A stretch of DNA of 49,357 nucleotides, taken from Acidiferrobacterales bacterium (GTDB taxonomy: Bacteria; Pseudomonadota; Gammaproteobacteria; Acidiferrobacterales; UBA6901). Positions within the stretch are counted from its first letter, which is position 1. Each line of letters starts with the position of its first letter. The notes under the pieces are model-generated. The model saw only the letters and a program-made list of their open reading frames with translations. It searched no databases and was not told the origin of the DNA. Positions 44,784 through 49,357 of the stretch are shown here, one piece after another. The position numbers and the translations under genes are program-made. The stretch is taken from positions 1 to 49,357 of the forward strand of contig DATEYP010000046.1 of the NCBI GenBank assembly GCA_035256085.1. Direction: 5' to 3'.

Positions 44784-47618
44784 TTATGCGTCCAAAGCCA
44801 GCGCCTCGTCCACCAGTGCCTGCTGCTGGGCCCGGTGCACGTCCAGGTAACCGCCGGCCGGCGCGGCCGAGGACGGGCGGCTGGCCGAGCGCAGCATCTG
44901 GCCAGGCCGCATCAGATCGCTGAGATAATGCTGCAACCAGTACCAGGCGCCCTGGTTCTTCGGCTCCTCCTGTACCCACAGCAGCTCCTTGGCGTTCGGG
45001 AAACGGTCGAGCTCGCGCTTGAAGTCATCGTGCGGGAAGGGATAGAGCTGTTCGATGCGCACAATGGCGATGTCGCCGATTTTGCGTTCGCGCCGAGCCA
45101 GCAACAAGTCGAAATACACCTTGCCGCTGCACGCCACGACACGCCGCACACCGTTCGCGTCCATCGCCTCGATCTCGCCGATCACCGGGTGAAAGGCGCC
45201 GCTGACCAGATCCGCGAGCGGTGACACCGATTCCTTGTGGCGCAGCAGACTCTTCGGGCTCAGGATGATGAGCGGTTTGCGGTATGGACGGATCATCTGG
45301 CGGCGCAACATGTGAAACATCTGCGCCGGCAGCGACGGCACGCATACCTGCAGGTTGTACTCGGCGCACAGTTGCAGGTAGCGTTCGAGACGCGCCGAGG
45401 AGTGCTCCGGCCCCTGGCCCTCGTAACCGTGCGGCAGCATCATGGCGAGGCCCGCGTGCACGCCCCACTTGCTCTCGCTCGCGGCGATGAACTGGTCGAT
45501 CACCACCTGCGCGCCGTTCGCGAAGTCGCCGAACTGCGCCTCCCACAACACCAGCTGATTGGGCTCGGCCGCGGCATAGCCATATTCGAAACCGAGCACC
45601 GCCTCCTCGGAGAGCAACGAGTCGATGATCACGAAATTCGGCTGACCCTCCTTGATGTGCTGCAGCGGCACGTGCACGCCCTCGTCCCAGCGCTCGCGGT
45701 TCTGGTCGTGCAGCACCGCATGCCGGTGAAAAAACGTACCGCGCCCGGAATCCTGACCGGACAGGCGCACGCCGTAGCCGTCATGCAGCAGTGCCGCGTA
45801 CGCCAGATTTTCGGCCATGCCCCAGTCGAGCGCCAGCCGGCCAAGCCCCATCTCGCGGCGCGCGGCCATGATCTTTTCCACCGTCGGGTGCAGCTTGAAG
45901 TGTTCGGGAATGGCCGTCAGGCGTTCGGCCAGGTATTTGATGGTGTCCTGCGGCACACCGGTAACCGCCGGCTGTGTCCACGGCGTACCGACAAACGGCT
46001 TCCAGTCCACCGCGTAGGAGCGCTTGTAGTCGGTCGGCATGGTCCTGACCAGCGATCCGCCGCCTTCGACCAGCACGCGGTACTCGGCGACCAGCCTGTC
46101 GGCATCGGCCGGTGCGAGCAGACCCTCGCGCAGCAGGCGCTCGGCGTACAGCTTGCGTGTGCCCGGGTGCAGGGCGATTTTCTTGTACATGAGCGGTTGC
46201 GTGACCATCGGCTCGTCCTGCTCGTTATGGCCGAGGCGACGGCAGCAGACGAGGTCAATCACCACATCCTTGCCGAACGCCATGCGGAAATCGAACGCCG
46301 CCTGGGTGACGAGCAACACCGCCTCCGGATCGTCGCCATTCACATGGAACACCGGTGCATCCACCATCTTGGCCACATCCGTGCAATAGAGCGTCGAACG
46401 TGTATCGCGCGGATCGGAGGTGGTGAAACCGATCTGATTGTTGATGACCAGGTGCACCGTGCCGCCGGTACCGTAGCCGCGCGTCTGCGAGAGATTGAGC
46501 GTCTCCATTACCACGCCCTGGCCGGCGAACGCGGAATCGCCGTGCAGCAGCACCGGCACCGCCAGCTTGCCTTGCTTGTCGGCGCGGCGCTGCTGGCGGG
46601 CGCGCGTCGCGCCCTCGATCACCGGGTTGATGATTTCAAGGTGCGAGGGGTTGAAGCCCAATGTGAGGTGGATCGGCCCGTGCGCGGTGGCGACATCGCG
46701 CGAATAGCCCTGATGGTATTTAACGTCGCCCGAGGCATCGCCGTTCTTGTGCTTGCCTTCGAACTCCTCGAACAAGGTGACCGGCGGTTTGCCGAGAATG
46801 TTCACCAGCACATTCAGGCGCCCGCGATGCGCCATGCCGATCACCAGTTCCTGCACACCGTGACTCGCGGCGTGGCTCACCAACGCATCGAGTGAGACGA
46901 TCGTGCTCTCTCCGCCTTCGAGCGAGAAGCGTTTTTGCCCGACGAAGCGGGTGTGCAGATATTTTTCAAAGGTTTCAGCCGCGGTCAGGGTCCCGAGCAC
47001 GTGGCGTTTTTCCCCGGCCGACAACGTGGGCGTGGAGTTGACGGTCTCGAAGCGCGCCTGGATCCAGCGCTTCTGTGCCACATCGGTGATGTGCATGTAT
47101 TCAAGACCGATCGTCCCGCAGTAGGTCTTCTTGAGCGAAGCAAGAATGTGGCGCAACGGCGCCTGCGCCGGACCCGCGAATGAACCGGTGCCGAACACGC
47201 TGTCGAGATCGGTGAGCGCCAGCCCGTAGTGCGCCGGATCAAGCTCCGACAGCGGCGCCGGTTCCTGGCGCCTGAGTGGATCGAGATCGGCGTGGCGCAC
47301 GCCGAGGAAGCGGTACGCATTGATGAGCTGCAGCACACTCACCTGCTTGCGCTCGGCGGCCGCGATCTCGGCGACCGCGGCATGCAGGGCGCCCGGCGGC
47401 GGATGATGCTCGTGTGCGAGCTTCACGAACGCCTCGCGGATGCGCGTGTGCGGCACGTCGCGCGTCGCACCCGGCTGCTGCAGCTTTTCGAAGTACGCGC
47501 GCCATTCGGGCGCGACCCGCTCCGGGCCCTCCAGCCAGGTTTCGTACAGTTCCTCGATGAACGCCGCGTTTCCGGCGAACAGATAGGAGTTGCCGCGCAT
47601 CTCTTTCAGCATTTCCAC
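44784..47618 (-). CDS. sucA: 2-oxoglutarate dehydrogenase E1 component
   Basis: 944 aa. YLFAGNAAFIEELYE N-terminus, GMAHRGRLNVL and ThDP-binding region HGDSAFAGQGVV. Confidence 0.95.
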   Translation of the reverse strand: MEMLKEMRGNSYLFAGNAAFIEELYETWLEGPERVAPEWRAYFEKLQQPGATRDVPHTRIREAFVKLAHEHHPPPGALHAAVAEIAAAERKQVSVLQLINAYRFLGVRHADLDPLRRQEPAPLSELDPAHYGLALTDLDSVFGTGSFAGPAQAPLRHILASLKKTYCGTIGLEYMHITDVAQKRWIQARFETVNSTPTLSAGEKRHVLGTLTAAETFEKYLHTRFVGQKRFSLEGGESTIVSLDALVSHAASHGVQELVIGMAHRGRLNVLVNILGKPPVTLFEEFEGKHKNGDASGDVKYHQGYSRDVATAHGPIHLTLGFNPSHLEIINPVIEGATRARQQRRADKQGKLAVPVLLHGDSAFAGQGVVMETLNLSQTRGYGTGGTVHLVINNQIGFTTSDPRDTRSTLYCTDVAKMVDAPVFHVNGDDPEAVLLVTQAAFDFRMAFGKDVVIDLVCCRRLGHNEQDEPMVTQPLMYKKIALHPGTRKLYAERLLREGLLAPADADRLVAEYRVLVEGGGSLVRTMPTDYKRSYAVDWKPFVGTPWTQPAVTGVPQDTIKYLAERLTAIPEHFKLHPTVEKIMAARREMGLGRLALDWGMAENLAYAALLHDGYGVRLSGQDSGRGTFFHRHAVLHDQNRERWDEGVHVPLQHIKEGQPNFVIIDSLLSEEAVLGFEYGYAAAEPNQLVLWEAQFGDFANGAQVVIDQFIAASESKWGVHAGLAMMLPHGYEGQGPEHSSARLERYLQLCAEYNLQVCVPSLPAQMFHMLRRQMIRPYRKPLIILSPKSLLRHKESVSPLADLVSGAFHPVIGEIEAMDANGVRRVVACSGKVYFDLLLARRERKIGDIAIVRIEQLYPFPHDDFKRELDRFPNAKELLWVQEEPKNQGAWYWLQHYLSDLMRPGQMLRSASRPSSAAPAGGYLDVHRAQQQALVDEALALDA

Positions 47619-47791
47619 CCTGCCTGACGACTGTCCTTATGTTGTATTCATTATAGACAGGCTTCGCACTGTTCTCGCCGCCGTTCGGGTTAATAATCAT
47701 TTACCTGCGCGACCGCGCTTTGATGCATCTCAAGGCCGGCGAGGCCGGGAGGTGGAAGTATGTGCCAATAGAACCGTACCCGAGATCCGCC

Positions 47792-48247
47792 ATGCACCTG
47801 TCCTCCAGCGCCTTCCGCCACCAGGAAGAGATTCCAGTCCGCCACACCTGCGACGGCGAGAACACCCCGCCAGAGCTCGCCTGGAGCGGCGCCCCGGCCG
47901 GTACCCGGAGTTTCGTCCTGATCGTGGACGATCCCGATGCCCCCGACCCTCGCCACCCGCGCCAAACCTGGGTGCACTGGCTGGTGTACAACCTGCCGGC
48001 GGACTGTACCGGGCTACTGGCAGGCCAGCCGCTTCCGGCCGGTACGCAGCTCGGACGCAACGACTGGAATACCGCCGGCTACGGCGGCCCCTGCCCGCCG
48101 ATCGGCCGGCACCGGTATTTTCACAAACTCTATGCCCTCGATGCCGCCCTGCCGGACCTCAAGCATCCGGCCAAGCCGCAACTGGAACAGGCCATGAAGG
48201 GCCATGTACTGGCGCAGGTGGAACTGGTGGGGACCTACGAAAGATAG
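47792..48247 (+). CDS. YbhB/YbcL-family PEBP (Raf kinase inhibitor-like) protein
   Basis: FVLIVDDPDAP...WVHWLVYNLP...GYGGPCPPIGRHRYFHKLYAL. Confidence 0.88.
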   Translation: MHLSSSAFRHQEEIPVRHTCDGENTPPELAWSGAPAGTRSFVLIVDDPDAPDPRHPRQTWVHWLVYNLPADCTGLLAGQPLPAGTQLGRNDWNTAGYGGPCPPIGRHRYFHKLYALDAALPDLKHPAKPQLEQAMKGHVLAQVELVGTYER

Positions 48248-48333
48248 AGCGGGATCGTGCATCAACCCTCATAATATTTCCCAGGCCCGCTGCCCGCGCG
48301 GCGAGATTTCCACAATGTGAACCGGGGGAAAGC

Positions 48334-49011
48334 ATGAAGACAATCGGAAGAATTCTGATCCGCGGTATCGACGCCCTGTTGCCGATTGGTGTCACGCTAT
48401 ATGTCATTTACTGGCTGGCATACTACGGAGACCGGCTGCTGGTCGATATGGTCCGGCCGATGCTGCCGGAAGCTTATATCTGGCCGGGCACCGGCGTTGT
48501 CGTTGGAGTACTGGTCATGTTTGTTATCGGTGCCATTGCCGTCACCAAACCGGGGCGCTGGATGTTTGGAGCGTTCGAACGGCTGTGCAATCGCATCCCG
48601 CTGGTCAAAACCGTCTTCCGCGGCACGCAGGATTTCACCCGCTTCTTCTTCGCGACCAGTGAACGCGGCGAATTCGGTCAGGTCGTGTGGGTGCCGTTCG
48701 GCGACATGCACCTGATCGGCTTCGTGACCCGCGGACCGGCCTACGGCCCCGCCGATGCCGCCGAGGGCGACCGGACCGTGGCGGTGTACGTGTCGATGAG
48801 CGCCGGCATCGGCGGCTTCACCGTCTATCTGCCGCACTCAAAACTGGAGCCGACCGGCCTGACGGTGGAGGAAGGCATGCGCCTGGTACTGTCGGCCGGC
48901 GTGTCGATGGCCGAGCCGCCGCGCGCGGTGCCGCCACCGAAACTCGAGCCGGCACCAGAGCAGCCGGCGAAGCCGAAGACGGCGCCGGAGGCGGGGACAC
49001 CAGGAGCGTGA
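48334..49011 (+). CDS. DUF502-family membrane protein (second paralogue in the window)
   Basis: MKTIGRILIRGIDALLPIGVTLYVIYWL...RIPLVKTVF. The tracked 473-aa ORF is an artefactual upstream extension. Confidence 0.75.
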   Translation: MKTIGRILIRGIDALLPIGVTLYVIYWLAYYGDRLLVDMVRPMLPEAYIWPGTGVVVGVLVMFVIGAIAVTKPGRWMFGAFERLCNRIPLVKTVFRGTQDFTRFFFATSERGEFGQVVWVPFGDMHLIGFVTRGPAYGPADAAEGDRTVAVYVSMSAGIGGFTVYLPHSKLEPTGLTVEEGMRLVLSAGVSMAEPPRAVPPPKLEPAPEQPAKPKTAPEAGTPGA

Positions 49012-49018
49012 TCTCTGC

Positions 49019-49130
49019 TTCCCCTCTCCCTCTGGGAGAGGGCTACGCCTCCAGGGATGGAGGCGGTAGACCGCGTCGGGAACACGCGGTCGAGGGTGAG
49101 GGTGGTGTTGGTAGGGCGCGCTTGCGCACC
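49019..49130. repeat. Composite REP cluster (family A hairpin, family C unit, GTAGGGCGCGC motif)
   Basis: cccctctccctctgggagaggg is identical to 3701-3722. 49041-49107 is the reverse complement of 28866-28932 with few mismatches. gtagggcgcgcttgcgcaccc is at 49101. Confidence 0.75.
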
Positions 49131-49138
49131 CTTCGGGC

Positions 49139-49357
49139 TCACGCCGCTTTCTTTGCCACCAACGGCTTGACCTTCGGCCGCGCCTTCTTGCTCACCGCCC
49201 AAAGGTCGTATTGCGACTGCATGTTCACCCACAACTCGGGGTCGGTTGCGAAAACCGCCGCCAGGCGCAGCGCCATGTCGGGGGTAACGGGCGTGCGGCC
49301 GTTCACGATCGCCGAGACATGCTTGCGGGAGACACCCAAAGCCTTGGCAGCCTGGGT
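49139..49357 (-). CDS. higA: HigA-family XRE antitoxin, 3' part (5' end off-window)
   Basis: The frame is open to the window edge: ...AAKALGVSRKHVSAIVNGRTPVTPDMALRLAAVFATDPELWVNMQSQYDLW, a typical HigA/VapI HTH. Confidence 0.8.
   Translation of the reverse strand, partial: TQAAKALGVSRKHVSAIVNGRTPVTPDMALRLAAVFATDPELWVNMQSQYDLWAVSKKARPKVKPLVAKKAA

Noticed and set aside
47590-48333. Upstream 248 codons of the 473-aa tracked ORF 47590..49011
   Set aside because: The translation is Pro/Arg/Gly-rich nonsense that overlaps the well-supported PEBP gene in another frame. The DUF502 sequence begins at ATG 48334, preceded by GGGGGAA.

Overview
High-GC proteobacterial chromosomal window with no rRNA, CRISPR array, integrase or transposase gene. 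All family calls come from motif recognition by eye, not from searches.

**Defence island (about 257-17957).** This visibly lower-GC segment abuts the 3' end of a tRNA-Lys(UUU) gene and holds a rearranged type I R-M locus.
- One tightly packed minus-strand operon runs hsdM, a YhcG/DUF1016 nuclease, hsdS, a 1513-aa nuclease-STAND-HEAT protein, and then only a 53-codon hsdR 5' remnant.
- A convergent AbiL/RloAB-like pair follows, with rloB frameshifted at a T6 run.
- An AT-rich divergent control region comes next.
- A hipB-hipA-hsdR-M48 peptidase unit follows, in which the intact hsdR is translationally coupled to the HipA toxin gene.
- A vapBC pair sits upstream of hsdM.

**Core genes (rest of the window).** These are yeeE, queE-queC, ybgC-tolQRAB-pal-ybgF, ruvCAB, yebC, nudB, aspS, an HU-like gene and sucA-sucB-lpdA.

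**Other accessory features.**
- A low-GC three-gene cassette of unknown function (TIGR04255-like plus two orphans) lies at 32431-34083.
- At least four families of REP/MITE-like repeats are present, two copies of which are inserted in frame in hsdR and hsdM.

**Best candidates for an undescribed system.** The first is the STAND-nuclease gene, which occupies the prrC position of the hsd operon. The second is the orphan three-gene cassette.
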